From positions 1 to 38,060 of the forward strand of contig CAZBIH010000001.1 of the NCBI GenBank assembly GCA_964492015.1: 38,060 nt of DNA. The letters run 5' to 3'. Shown here piece after piece: positions 25,588 through 35,154 of this stretch (its first letter is position 1; every line of letters starts with the position of its first letter). This stretch comes from an uncultured Planctomycetia bacterium (GTDB lineage Bacteria > Omnitrophota > Gorgyraeia > 2-02-FULL-51-18). The position numbers and the translations under genes were made by a program. The notes below the pieces were generated by a model that had not been told where the DNA came from, searched no databases, and was given only the letters and a program-made list of their open reading frames with translations.

Positions 25588-27835
25588 GTTTCCGGCCTCC
25601 CGTGAAAAAAAGACCCATGCTCGCCAATACCAATCCCGCCAGAGCGACCCAGCGGCCCAAGATCCAGTAAGAGGGCTCAAAAGAAAATGTCACCTTGTGA
25701 TGCCCGGCCGGAACATCAACCCCCTGAAAGACAACACGTTTTTTTTGTAAAATAGACTCGTGGCCGTCCAGATACACTTTCCAGCCCCGGTCAAAAACCT
25801 GATTTCTTACCAAGACACCGGGCACATCGGAATCAACCTCCACTTGAGCGGATGTAGGCCTATTTTTTAAAACATGGATCTTGGGCGTCCCGGCAGAGCC
25901 CGGAAATACCTCAAACGTAAATTCAGGTTTCGCCCGGTCATTAACATACAGCGATTCCCTGGGGTTTTTAGATAAAAAACGGTATCCCGCCAGCAGATCA
26001 TTCGGACCCGCTAAAATATACCGAATACCAAGAAAATCAACCAACGCCCTGTTTACGGCAAAAGCCTCCATCTTCAATTCACTGGGCCCAAAGGAGTCAT
26101 CCAGCGCTCCGAGATCCTTCGTCAAGAGGTAGTAATCTTTATCGAGCAGCGGCGCATAAGCGCCCGGATGCGCCACTCCCAGGAGCATGTTTTTATTGGG
26201 CCAAAGTTTTTGAAAGCGTGACGGACCGACATTGATCCATTTTCCGTCCTTGGGATACGTTCCAAGCTCTTCTATTTTCTCAAATTTTGCGATGTTTTCC
26301 CAGGAGACGCCCCGGGCGAATTTCCCGTAAATAAAAAGATCGGCGGCCACCAAACCCAGGACCACCCAACAAAAAAGGACCGGCTTGGCTTGCCGCCTAA
26401 AAAAATAAAAAAGGGCTGTCAGTGTCACGGCAAGAACAAGGAAGGGCAGCCAGAACGAAAAATTTGAAAAACGGATCTCCTGCTGGAGCTGAGCGAGCAT
26501 TCCTTGAATGTTGCCCATATAAGTTGCGGCGGTCGCGCGATGAAAACTTTTGCCGACGACAAAATGAGCCGTGTACCAGCGACCAAAATTCTCCAATAGG
26601 CCGGCGCCCCAATGAACCAGCGCCCACGCCGCCAGCCCCAGCAAAACAACACCCAAAGAGAACACTCCTGCTTTCTTAAAAAACGACGACAGGCTCTGCC
26701 TTTCTCGTTCAAAGCTTTTGATCCAGAAATCAAACGACATCCCGGCGATCACGCACAGGAAAAATCCCGTAAAAAAAATAAACTTGGAGGGGTTCCTTAA
26801 CAGAGAAAAAACAGGCAGTTTTGCCAGAAGAAGATACAGTGGATTGAAGCGTCCAAACGCCATGAGCAGGCTAAAAAGAACCAGCATCCACCACAAACCC
26901 GCCTGCTTCCAGAGCGGCTTAGCCCAGATCAGCAAAAGCGGCAGGCATCCGATATAGAGACTGCATTTTAAGAATCCATTCCATAGATAGAAAAAAAGGA
27001 CACTCAGCGACCAGGGAGCCACGGAACCCCAGAGGACAAAATCAGCGTCCTGGAGCGCACGAGTGGAATGGGAAGCCAACTCCAGTGTGGCCCAAATTTG
27101 GGGCGCGGCGATGATCAAGGATAAAAATAAAGACGCCAAAAACAGGAGAGCGTTCTGAATCCCTATCTTCCAGGAATGAGCCCGCGGCTCCCCCGCAATT
27201 CTTAATACGTAATAGAGCGTTAAAAATAAACTCTGATAGAGCGCCATCTGCGGGCCTGTGAGCCAGGCCAGCGCCTGAAGGATGGCCAGCCAAAACAGCG
27301 GCCGCCGGTCCTCGGGGCGCCGGATAAAATCCTCAACCAAGCACAGCATCCACGGAAACCAGGCCAACCCTCGAAAACCATACATCCCGTAAAAACTTCC
27401 GCCCGCGGTACTGCCAAACGTGAAACATAGCGCTGTCAAGGTCGCTGCAGCAGAGGACATTCCTATTTTGAGCCCGAGCCGGTAAGCCCCTATTCCGGCC
27501 AGGGCGAAATGAGTCAAGAATAGAAGATTGTAAGCCAGTGTGAACGGCAGCAAACCGAACAAAACCAGGTTCGGAGGATAAAGCATCGCCGTCTGCCCCT
27601 CCGCAAAAAGCGGAAAGCCGGACTGGATCAAGGGAGTCCACAACAAAAGATGCCCCTGCTTCAAAGCCCGCGCATAAGCCTCAAGCCACGGATAAAATTG
27701 GACGCTGTAATCCCCCACCACAAAACCGCTCTTCAAGCTCAACAGCGGGTATAGGAACAGAAGGTAGAGCGGCACAAAGACCGCGAAAAATAGACGGTGA
27801 CGGCTAAAAAGATCAGCGCGCGGGGATTTTATCAT
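25568..27835 (-). CDS. YfhO-family polytopic membrane protein (GT-C-like glycosyltransferase)
   Basis: 755 aa. The N-terminal VVGDYSVQFYPWLEAYARALKQGHLLLWTPLIQSGFPLFAEGQ matches the YfhO-family entry motif. It has many TM helices plus a large extracytoplasmic C-terminal beta-rich region and a final TM. Confidence 0.7.
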   Translation of the reverse strand: MIKSPRADLFSRHRLFFAVFVPLYLLFLYPLLSLKSGFVVGDYSVQFYPWLEAYARALKQGHLLLWTPLIQSGFPLFAEGQTAMLYPPNLVLFGLLPFTLAYNLLFLTHFALAGIGAYRLGLKIGMSSAAATLTALCFTFGSTAGGSFYGMYGFRGLAWFPWMLCLVEDFIRRPEDRRPLFWLAILQALAWLTGPQMALYQSLFLTLYYVLRIAGEPRAHSWKIGIQNALLFLASLFLSLIIAAPQIWATLELASHSTRALQDADFVLWGSVAPWSLSVLFFYLWNGFLKCSLYIGCLPLLLIWAKPLWKQAGLWWMLVLFSLLMAFGRFNPLYLLLAKLPVFSLLRNPSKFIFFTGFFLCVIAGMSFDFWIKSFERERQSLSSFFKKAGVFSLGVVLLGLAAWALVHWGAGLLENFGRWYTAHFVVGKSFHRATAATYMGNIQGMLAQLQQEIRFSNFSFWLPFLVLAVTLTALFYFFRRQAKPVLFCWVVLGLVAADLFIYGKFARGVSWENIAKFEKIEELGTYPKDGKWINVGPSRFQKLWPNKNMLLGVAHPGAYAPLLDKDYYLLTKDLGALDDSFGPSELKMEAFAVNRALVDFLGIRYILAGPNDLLAGYRFLSKNPRESLYVNDRAKPEFTFEVFPGSAGTPKIHVLKNRPTSAQVEVDSDVPGVLVRNQVFDRGWKVYLDGHESILQKKRVVFQGVDVPAGHHKVTFSFEPSYWILGRWVALAGLVLASMGLFFTGGRKHEKCRA

Positions 27836-28982
27836 TTTTCTTTACCATCGATACCCACCAGAGGACACACACCGCCCAAGTAAGATAACGCGCGATCACA
27901 AAAGCTTTGGACATCGAAGCTCCGGTGCCGGTCATCGGGATGTGCTTTTCCCAAAAATAATGGCAATAATAAAAAAACCCCAGCTGGATCGCTCCGATCG
28001 CGCTGTACAGATAAAAAAAGATGTTCCTTCTCAAGACCGCGAACGGGATTATCCAAACCGTGTATTGCGGAGCCATTTGCGTCGTAAAAACATAAAATGT
28101 CAAAAAGACAAATATGATCCAATCCAGAAGATCATACTTATGCGCCCAAAAATAAGAAAGAGCAAAAATTCCCAGATAAAGCGCTGGGTTAAAAAAGCGG
28201 GACCCATGAAACCACGGCATTTGGGTCAGGTCGATCTGGGTAACGAATAAAAAAACACGGCAGAGGATCCCCGACCAGCCCCAATAACCGGCGCCCAAAC
28301 TATACCCAAAGACCTCTTTGGCGACATAAGCCCTGTCGGCCCAATAAGGGATAAATAGGCTTAAAAATAAAAGCGGCGGAAGAACTAAAAAGAGAATTTT
28401 CCGGCCCGGCTTTTTTTGCTGAAAAGCAAAAGCCGGAGCCAAAAGCACATTGAAATGTTTGACCGCCACCCCCAAAGCAAAGGCTGCCGGCGCCAAAAGA
28501 GTATTTTTCGTTTTTGAATGAGTGCTCAGATACCAGCTTGCGAAAACCAGCAGTGTCGCAATATTGTCAAATTGGCCTCCGTAGCCGCTCAAGATAATTG
28601 AAACCGGATTCAGCGCCAAAGCGGCGGCGGCCCACAAACAGTCCGCGGTCCTGAAGCCTTGTTTACGCGCCGCCAGAAACAAAAGCGCCGCTGTTAGCGC
28701 ATCCGCCAAGATCATCGGCCACTTGATGACAAAAGCAAATGGAAGGTGGAAAAGCAAGGCCGTCTGCGAACACGCTGTAAGGATCCAAAACCAAAGGGGG
28801 CTGTAATTGTACCGTCCCGTCGCGTCATAGGCCGATTTGCCTTGAGCCCAGTAGGTGGAATACTGCTCCCACGCGGAGACGTCGTTGGTGCCCCCGTAAA
28901 AAATTTTGGCCAGCACGATCCTCAAAACAAACCCGCAGAGGATCACAAGGATCAACAGCGGGACCCGGCTTGTTTTTTTCAT
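27813..28982 (-). CDS. GT-C-fold membrane glycosyltransferase (DUF2029/GT87- or PIG-mannosyltransferase-like)
   Basis: About 389 aa and polytopic. The first loop is GGTNDVSAWEQY...RYNYSPLWFW. The ATG at 28982 is preceded by GAGGGTGG. The track start at 29006 is TTG. Confidence 0.6.
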   Translation of the reverse strand: MKKTSRVPLLILVILCGFVLRIVLAKIFYGGTNDVSAWEQYSTYWAQGKSAYDATGRYNYSPLWFWILTACSQTALLFHLPFAFVIKWPMILADALTAALLFLAARKQGFRTADCLWAAAALALNPVSIILSGYGGQFDNIATLLVFASWYLSTHSKTKNTLLAPAAFALGVAVKHFNVLLAPAFAFQQKKPGRKILFLVLPPLLFLSLFIPYWADRAYVAKEVFGYSLGAGYWGWSGILCRVFLFVTQIDLTQMPWFHGSRFFNPALYLGIFALSYFWAHKYDLLDWIIFVFLTFYVFTTQMAPQYTVWIIPFAVLRRNIFFYLYSAIGAIQLGFFYYCHYFWEKHIPMTGTGASMSKAFVIARYLTWAVCVLWWVSMVKKNDKIPAR

Positions 28983-28995
28983 AAAACCACCCTCT

Positions 28996-30354
28996 TTAAA
29001 AATCAAAATAAATAAATGCGCTGGGATTTCCCACTGCGATGACCTTGCAGAGAAGGATCAGTGCCAAAGAAACCGCGTAAACGGAAACAGCCGGCAGGCG
29101 GCGCGCCATCCATGCCACAAAAGAAACTTTGTCCCGAAAATGAAGCGCCAGTGCCGCTACGATCAAAAGGATAGGAAACGCCGCCTCGGTATAAAAAAAA
29201 TCCCACGAACCGGAAGCGGAAAAACCGCCGAACAAGCCTCCGAGAGACTGCCAATTCGGCGCGCGAAAAAAGATCCATAGGACCGCGACCGCATGAAACG
29301 TCCAGAAACGCCTTAAAATATCCGGCAAGCGGAATTTCAAGAAACGTCCAGCCGCGTGTTCGGTGATCATCAATAGCGCGTGCAGTCCTCCCCACACCAC
29401 AAAGGTCCAGGAAGCGCCGTGCCACAATCCCCCCAAAAACATCGTCGCCAAAAGTGCCAGAGCTGTCCGCGCGAACCCGTGAGAGCTCCCTCCCATCGGA
29501 ATATAAAGGTAGTCCCGAAGCCACCGCGAAAGCGTGATGTGCCACCGCCGCCAGAACTCGCGGATGGAACAGGCCAGATACGGGCGGTTAAAATTTAACG
29601 GGAGGCGTATCCCCAAAATGAACGCGCTCCCCAGCGCCATATCCACATAACCGCTGAAATCGCAATAGATCTGGACCGGAAACGCGTAAAAAGCCAAAAG
29701 CGCGTGCGGCAGGTCCCGGACTCCCGCGGCGCCATAATAAACATCCACCCAATGCGACAGAGGATCCGCCACGACCATTTTCTTAACCATGCCGACGGCA
29801 AACAAGAGAACGCCCAGCTTTACCAGTTTGGGTTTGAACATCAGGTGTTTCAATTGCGGCAAAAGTTCTTTGGCGCGCATGATCGGGCCTGCGATCAAGT
29901 GCGGAAAAAAAGAAAGATAGAGAAAAAATCGCCAAAACCCTTTCTCGGCTTCCGCCGTGCCCTGGCGCACATCCACCAGATAGGAAATAACGGTGAATGT
30001 GATGAACGAGATCCCCAGCGGCAGAGCCCAGCCTCCCACAGCGATCTTGGACGCGCCAAACATCCACGCCATGTTGGCTGCGGCGAATCCGGCGTATTTA
30101 AAAATAAACAGGGGCAATAAAGCGCCTGCAAGGACCCATCGGAACGCGGCCGGCGATAATTTCGGCCGGAGGGCAAAATAATAAGCGTACAAGCTCAACC
30201 CCAGAAGCAAAGGCAGGTAGACGGGGTTCCACCGCCCATAAAAAATAAAACTGGCGATTGTCACATAGACAACACGCGCGTGCCCGCGAAACAGCGCAAA
30301 ACCGCAAAGAAACACCAGGAAAAATAAAAAAAATTCGGAGGAATGAAAAAGCAT
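28996..30354 (-). CDS. MBOAT-family membrane O-acyltransferase (AlgI/DltB/PatA-like)
   Basis: FWRRWHITLSRWLRDYLYIPMGGS and GGLWHGASW carry the conserved His residues. The ATG at 30354 (MLFHSSEFFLFF) shares one nucleotide with the upstream stop (TGATG). The track N-terminal extension is GTG-initiated junk. Confidence 0.9.
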   Translation of the reverse strand: MLFHSSEFFLFFLVFLCGFALFRGHARVVYVTIASFIFYGRWNPVYLPLLLGLSLYAYYFALRPKLSPAAFRWVLAGALLPLFIFKYAGFAAANMAWMFGASKIAVGGWALPLGISFITFTVISYLVDVRQGTAEAEKGFWRFFLYLSFFPHLIAGPIMRAKELLPQLKHLMFKPKLVKLGVLLFAVGMVKKMVVADPLSHWVDVYYGAAGVRDLPHALLAFYAFPVQIYCDFSGYVDMALGSAFILGIRLPLNFNRPYLACSIREFWRRWHITLSRWLRDYLYIPMGGSSHGFARTALALLATMFLGGLWHGASWTFVVWGGLHALLMITEHAAGRFLKFRLPDILRRFWTFHAVAVLWIFFRAPNWQSLGGLFGGFSASGSWDFFYTEAAFPILLIVAALALHFRDKVSFVAWMARRLPAVSVYAVSLALILLCKVIAVGNPSAFIYFDF

Positions 30355-31316
30355 CAGCTCGAACGAAGCGCGGGCAGAAGCGTTTCGGCCATCAGGCGAT
30401 GGCCTTTCGCGTTCAAATGCGGGTCCCCGGGCATCGCCCACAGTTCCTGTGCCGGGATCTTGCTCATAGGCTCATAAAGATCCGCATACACCCACCCAAG
30501 ATCCAGCGCCACCTGGCGCATTTTTTCGTGGATAAAACCAAAGGGATACGGGTCCATCTGGTGAATGTCGGGCGTCATTGCGACCACGACTTTGAAACCG
30601 TCTTCTTGGGACATTTGATGAAGTTCCTTGAGAGCCTGGATCATTGCCCGGTACCCGGACGAGTCATCCTGATAAAAATTCCGGTAAAAACTGACAAGCT
30701 CATCCAAGCTCTTGGAGCGGCTAAGCGACTGCTGTGCCATATGATAAAGCATCGCCGCGACTTCGCTGTTCCTCAAAATAAAATTGTTGCGGCCCGCTGT
30801 CAGCACTTCGGCATCCCGGATAAAGTAATGGACCACTACGATATCCGGATGAAGCGCGCGCAGTTTTTTCTTAAACAGCGTCACATACCGCGAAGCGTTG
30901 TAATTTCCGATGCCGGCGTTCATCACAACGGCGCGATCGCCGAGATCTTTTTGTAAAACAGAGGTCATGGTCTCTTCTTCTGATACGCCCCACCCCAGTG
31001 TGTTGGAGCTTCCGAGAAAAAGGATCTTTTTCTTTTTGGGATCGGACAGGTCCGGCTCAGGCCCCCGCATCCCCAGAGAATTGATGCGGATCTGGACACC
31101 TTGAAGTTTAGCGGATGCGTTCGGGCGATGTTCATGCCCCAAATTGGGGTCAGGGCTTAATACTTTTAACAGCTTGGAATAACGCCACATTTCGATATTA
31201 TAATTTTTTTGATCCAAATTCTTCAGGCGCACAACAGCTTCGGCAGCCACCAGACAAACCGCGAAAATGAATACAAAGGCAACTGCGCTGAAGATCAGGT
31301 CTTTAAAAAATTTCAT
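30354..31316 (-). CDS. Membrane-anchored SGNH/GDSL-like esterase/acyltransferase (AlgJ/PatB/DltD-like partner of the MBOAT)
   Basis: N-terminal TM anchor. Block I is ILFLGSSNTLGWG, block III is NAGIGNYNAS, and the C-terminal block is GDPHLNAKGH. The ATG at 31316 is in an ATGA overlap. Confidence 0.75.
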   Translation of the reverse strand: MKFFKDLIFSAVAFVFIFAVCLVAAEAVVRLKNLDQKNYNIEMWRYSKLLKVLSPDPNLGHEHRPNASAKLQGVQIRINSLGMRGPEPDLSDPKKKKILFLGSSNTLGWGVSEEETMTSVLQKDLGDRAVVMNAGIGNYNASRYVTLFKKKLRALHPDIVVVHYFIRDAEVLTAGRNNFILRNSEVAAMLYHMAQQSLSRSKSLDELVSFYRNFYQDDSSGYRAMIQALKELHQMSQEDGFKVVVAMTPDIHQMDPYPFGFIHEKMRQVALDLGWVYADLYEPMSKIPAQELWAMPGDPHLNAKGHRLMAETLLPALRSS

Positions 31317-32578
31317 GAGAGGCCTTTCTGCCGGAGTGGATGAGCCAGGATCCGCTGAGCCATCACTTGGGCGGCTACACGGTGCCCCTCCGGAGTCCAA
31401 TGGGAATCCATCACGTAATAAAGAAGCTTTGGGCCGGAGCCGGCAACACCCCTGGCAGCTTCGATAAATTTCTGCGTCGGCTCGATCAGGGGTATTCTAT
31501 TTTTTTCACACACAGCTTTTAGATCTTGGGCGATCTGATTCACATTCCATTCATCCTCCCGAAGGCCGTAACGAACAAGCGTCGCCATCCACTGGCTCGG
31601 CACGATTGCGCCGCGGCTGGGGACATAAAATACGATAAGATCGCTTCCCGCGCCTTCTGCCTCCGTCTTCAACTCTAGTAGGAGTTTTTCGGTGAGCTTC
31701 CAAGCCTCGTCGATATCGGGATCCCTGAGGCGCTTCCAAGCCCTGAAATCATCCGGGATTCCGGAAAGATTTTTGCCGCTCATCCCCAGGCGGATCGAGA
31801 GCTTGAACAAAAGAGGATTTCCCCGGACCCTTTCCCGGATCCACCCATAAAAGAGAGAGTGCGAAGTCAGCCATGACTTGACGCCTTGGACCAAGCCGGT
31901 CGAAGGCCTTTCCATTTCTGTGCGGGGCTGGGCCGGAGGCTCTTGGGTGACCGGGGTACCTGTTAAAACAAGGCGGCCGCCCGATTTCCGAAACCGGGGT
32001 TTGGCCTTGTCAAAAAAATAATCCTGGTTGTTGTACCAGACATCATTGTCATGGAACATGACGATCGTCAGATCCGGCAAATAACGGATCCCTTCCTCAC
32101 GAAAAAGCAGAAGCTGCTGGTCCGTGCTGTGGCCGGCGGTCCCGGTGTTGATCACTTGAACCGGCCCGGCAATCTCCCGAGCCAGCAAAACCTTTAATTG
32201 TTCAGAAAATAATTCTTCAAAACGCACCCCAACCGCCTGCGCGAAGGACTTTCCGACGATCAGAACACGGCGCTCGCCCGGCAGTGGCGTGTAAGGGATC
32301 TCGGGACCGCGAAGGCCTTTGGAATTGGTAGCCAGAGGGATCCTTCTCCCCTCCCGGATGACGGTGGTATTCAAATTGGGCTTTGTTTTCCAGCCAAGCA
32401 AAGGATCGTAGTCATAGAGCTTCTCCTCCGCAGGCGGCCTGAAAAAACCCCGCGAAACCTGCATGCCGCCCTCGATCAGCGTGGCGAGCACAAAAAAAGT
32501 CCCCGCCGTCAAAACAAGGTTGAGGACCGCGCCCATTATTATTTTCTTAAAAATTTTTCCGGCGGGCTTTTTTTCCAT
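31313..32578 (-). CDS. Membrane-anchored SGNH-like protein, second paralogue (AlgX/AlgJ-like DxHW type)
   Basis: N-terminal TM anchor, then VLIVGKSFAQAVG, NTGTAGHSTDQ and VMDSHWTPEGH. The track start at 32584 is TTG. The ATG at 32578 (MEKKPAGK) is preferred. Confidence 0.65.
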   Translation of the reverse strand: MEKKPAGKIFKKIIMGAVLNLVLTAGTFFVLATLIEGGMQVSRGFFRPPAEEKLYDYDPLLGWKTKPNLNTTVIREGRRIPLATNSKGLRGPEIPYTPLPGERRVLIVGKSFAQAVGVRFEELFSEQLKVLLAREIAGPVQVINTGTAGHSTDQQLLLFREEGIRYLPDLTIVMFHDNDVWYNNQDYFFDKAKPRFRKSGGRLVLTGTPVTQEPPAQPRTEMERPSTGLVQGVKSWLTSHSLFYGWIRERVRGNPLLFKLSIRLGMSGKNLSGIPDDFRAWKRLRDPDIDEAWKLTEKLLLELKTEAEGAGSDLIVFYVPSRGAIVPSQWMATLVRYGLREDEWNVNQIAQDLKAVCEKNRIPLIEPTQKFIEAARGVAGSGPKLLYYVMDSHWTPEGHRVAAQVMAQRILAHPLRQKGLS

Positions 32579-32585
32579 TTTCAAA

Positions 32586-33527
32586 TTATATCACTTCTTC
32601 CGGACCGTGACTTTTGGCATCTTCGGCCCTATTCTTTTTAAGGATATATAGCGGCCGCGCGCGCGATTGGTCATAATTACGTGCCAAATATAAACCAAGG
32701 ATCCCGACGGACAAAAGCTGAATACCCGTCAAAAAAAATAGGAGACCGGCCAATAACAGCGTCGGCGAGCCGATCCCGCCCACGATCCAAATACCCACGG
32801 CTGCCAGCAGGCAGACAACCCCGGAAATACCGGCCAGATGAAGAGGGAAAAAAGAAAAATGCGTGATACCGCTCCAGGCCAATCCCAGCATTTTTTTCAG
32901 CGAGTACTTGGTCTTCCCCGAAAACCTCGGCTGCCGGTGAATGAACACGCCGATCTGCCGGAAACCCACCCAGGAGATAAGGCCGCGAAGATAGGGGTTC
33001 TGCTCTTGAATACCGCGGATCACGTCCGCGACCTCTTCCGAGATCAGGCGGAAGTCCCCCGCATCCGGCGGAATTGAGACTGAAGCAATGCGCCGGACCA
33101 GCGCGTAATAAACCGAGGCTGTCCATTTCTTGAAGAACGTCTCCCCGTCCCTTTGGGCGCGGACCGCGTAAACGACATCATAACCCTCTCTCCACTTTTT
33201 CACGAGCGCGTCGATCTCTTCGGGCGGGTCCTGAAGGTCCGCGTCAATGATCACGACCGCTTCTCCTGCCGCGTGATCGATCCCGGCTTTGACAGCGAGC
33301 TGATGGCCGAAGTTTCTTGAAAAATGAAGGGTCCTTACTGCCGTGTCGCGCCGCTTCAAGCTCTCCAACAACGCCGGCGACGCATCCGCGGATCCGTCAT
33401 TGACAAAAAGAATTTCGTAAGTCAGATCCATTTTTTTTAAAACGGCTGTCAGGCGCGCATAAAACTCGGGGATCACAGCTTCTTCGTTATAAACAGGCAC
33501 CACCACAGAAAGGCAGGGCTTAAGCAT
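32586..33527 (-). CDS. GT2 polyprenyl-phosphate glycosyltransferase with two C-terminal TM helices (GtrB/ArnC/CsbB-like)
   Basis: Motifs LSVVVPVYNEE, ILFVNDGSAD, VVIIDADLQDPPE and YAVR, followed by two hydrophobic helices. The ATG at 33527 gives an 8-nt ATGCTTAA overlap. Confidence 0.9.
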   Translation of the reverse strand: MLKPCLSVVVPVYNEEAVIPEFYARLTAVLKKMDLTYEILFVNDGSADASPALLESLKRRDTAVRTLHFSRNFGHQLAVKAGIDHAAGEAVVIIDADLQDPPEEIDALVKKWREGYDVVYAVRAQRDGETFFKKWTASVYYALVRRIASVSIPPDAGDFRLISEEVADVIRGIQEQNPYLRGLISWVGFRQIGVFIHRQPRFSGKTKYSLKKMLGLAWSGITHFSFFPLHLAGISGVVCLLAAVGIWIVGGIGSPTLLLAGLLFFLTGIQLLSVGILGLYLARNYDQSRARPLYILKKNRAEDAKSHGPEEVI

Positions 33528-35154
33528 CGGGAGGGCTTCCTTTCTCGGCGCGAAGATCATAAACAAAAAGCGAATGTCCCAGGACTTGAGTCGGCAGCCT
33601 ATCCTTGGTCCAGAGCAAACTGCCCATCTGATGAGCGCCGATCGCGTAAACCGTTTTCCGGGGATGAACAGACTCCTCCGGCGAAATGCGCCGTACGGGA
33701 AGCTTGGGGTTGGGAGAACCCAGGGAGATAAGCACGATTTCGGTGTATCCCTCTTTTTCCGCGAGCTGTTCGAGGCCTTTTAGGTCCTGCCCCCAATCGA
33801 TGTTGGAATCTCTCAGGTACTTATACCCATTTCGCGGCCCGCCGATCAATTCATTGAAGTAAGCCAAGTAATCGGGAAACACGAGCAGGGACGCGCTTAC
33901 GTGCCACGCCAAGAGCGCGATCACGGCCGCTTTAAGCAGCTTTGATCTTTTCATGAGCCAATCGGCCGTGCCACCGCATAGAACGAACAAAAGCGGATAA
34001 ATGGGCAGAAAATACCGTATTCCCGCCTGTGCTTTGTCCCGCAAAGTCGCTGTGAAGAAAAGGGCTACGGGAACCGCGAAAAAGAATAAGGTCAAGCGGT
34101 CCAACTTAAGTTTTGGGATCAAAATAAAAGAAATGATAGAAAGTAAAAGGAGCGGGATCGTATTCTTAATGCAGAACGCCACAAAATAATAATACCACCA
34201 TCCATTTCTTGACCATTCCCCCATAAGATAGGCGTCTGTTCCCGCGGCACGCGTGTACATCATGCTCACGAATGCTGAAGCAAAAGTTGAGAGCGGCAGA
34301 GGGACCTTCTCTGCGATAAAAAGCAGTTCTTCTCCTCCCACCTTGCGATACATGGCCTCTTTTTTCAAAGGGTCCGGTGTATCTTTCAAAAGCGGCTTGA
34401 CCTCAAAAAAATAACCGGCCCAAACGGTCAAAAAACAAAATAGAAGGCACAACATCGTTTTGGGAAATGAGATCTCTTTCCATTTGCCGCCCAAAAGCGC
34501 CGCTAGGAACAGGATCGGCAAAAGAACGATCGCGCTGAATTTAGACAAAAAAGTCATGCCCAAAGCAACACCCGTAAGAGCTATTCCTTTCAAAGAAGGT
34601 TTTTTGAGATAAAACCAGAAACTGACCAGGGTTAAAAAGAAAAAGAACGCCACAGGCATATCCGCTCCCGCCAACCCCGAATGCGCGATGATATCCGGAC
34701 AGAAACTGTAAAGTGCTAAGCTCACAAGCGCGGCAATATTTCCAAAAAGATGGCGGCTGAAAAGAAAAACGGCCAAACCAAACAGCACAGAAAGCGCGGC
34801 AAACGGCACCCGGGCCCAAAAAATGAACTCATCCGGCCGGTCATTGGCGTGATAAAAAAATTGCCGTGCGAATTCGGGGCTGTTCCCTTTCGCCCAAGAT
34901 TCATGGTCCAGCGGCGCCTTGGCACCCAAAAAATAAAGAGGAACCGCCGCTAAAAGGCGCGGAAAAGGCGGCGAGGCCGGGTTCATTTTAAAATTCCCCG
35001 TCACCAGATAAGAATATCCGCTGGCGATGTGGTGATGAAATTCATCGGCGGTGGCCGATTTGGTCCTCATGGATAAAACGGTCTGCCCGGCCAAGAAAGC
35101 CAGGAGAATGGCCGCAACACCGTAGATCCGGAATCCGGCGGCTTGCGTTTTCAA
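33520..35154 (-). CDS. GT-C-fold membrane glycosyltransferase, PMT/ArnT-like (GT39/GT83-type)
   Basis: TM1 is followed by SATADEFHHHIASGYSYL..NPASPPFPRLL (DE motif and PP loop), then about 12 TM segments and a C-terminal soluble domain. TTG start in a TTGA overlap; the next Met would delete TM1. Confidence 0.75.
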   Translation of the reverse strand: MKTQAAGFRIYGVAAILLAFLAGQTVLSMRTKSATADEFHHHIASGYSYLVTGNFKMNPASPPFPRLLAAVPLYFLGAKAPLDHESWAKGNSPEFARQFFYHANDRPDEFIFWARVPFAALSVLFGLAVFLFSRHLFGNIAALVSLALYSFCPDIIAHSGLAGADMPVAFFFFLTLVSFWFYLKKPSLKGIALTGVALGMTFLSKFSAIVLLPILFLAALLGGKWKEISFPKTMLCLLFCFLTVWAGYFFEVKPLLKDTPDPLKKEAMYRKVGGEELLFIAEKVPLPLSTFASAFVSMMYTRAAGTDAYLMGEWSRNGWWYYYFVAFCIKNTIPLLLLSIISFILIPKLKLDRLTLFFFAVPVALFFTATLRDKAQAGIRYFLPIYPLLFVLCGGTADWLMKRSKLLKAAVIALLAWHVSASLLVFPDYLAYFNELIGGPRNGYKYLRDSNIDWGQDLKGLEQLAEKEGYTEIVLISLGSPNPKLPVRRISPEESVHPRKTVYAIGAHQMGSLLWTKDRLPTQVLGHSLFVYDLRAEKGSPPDA

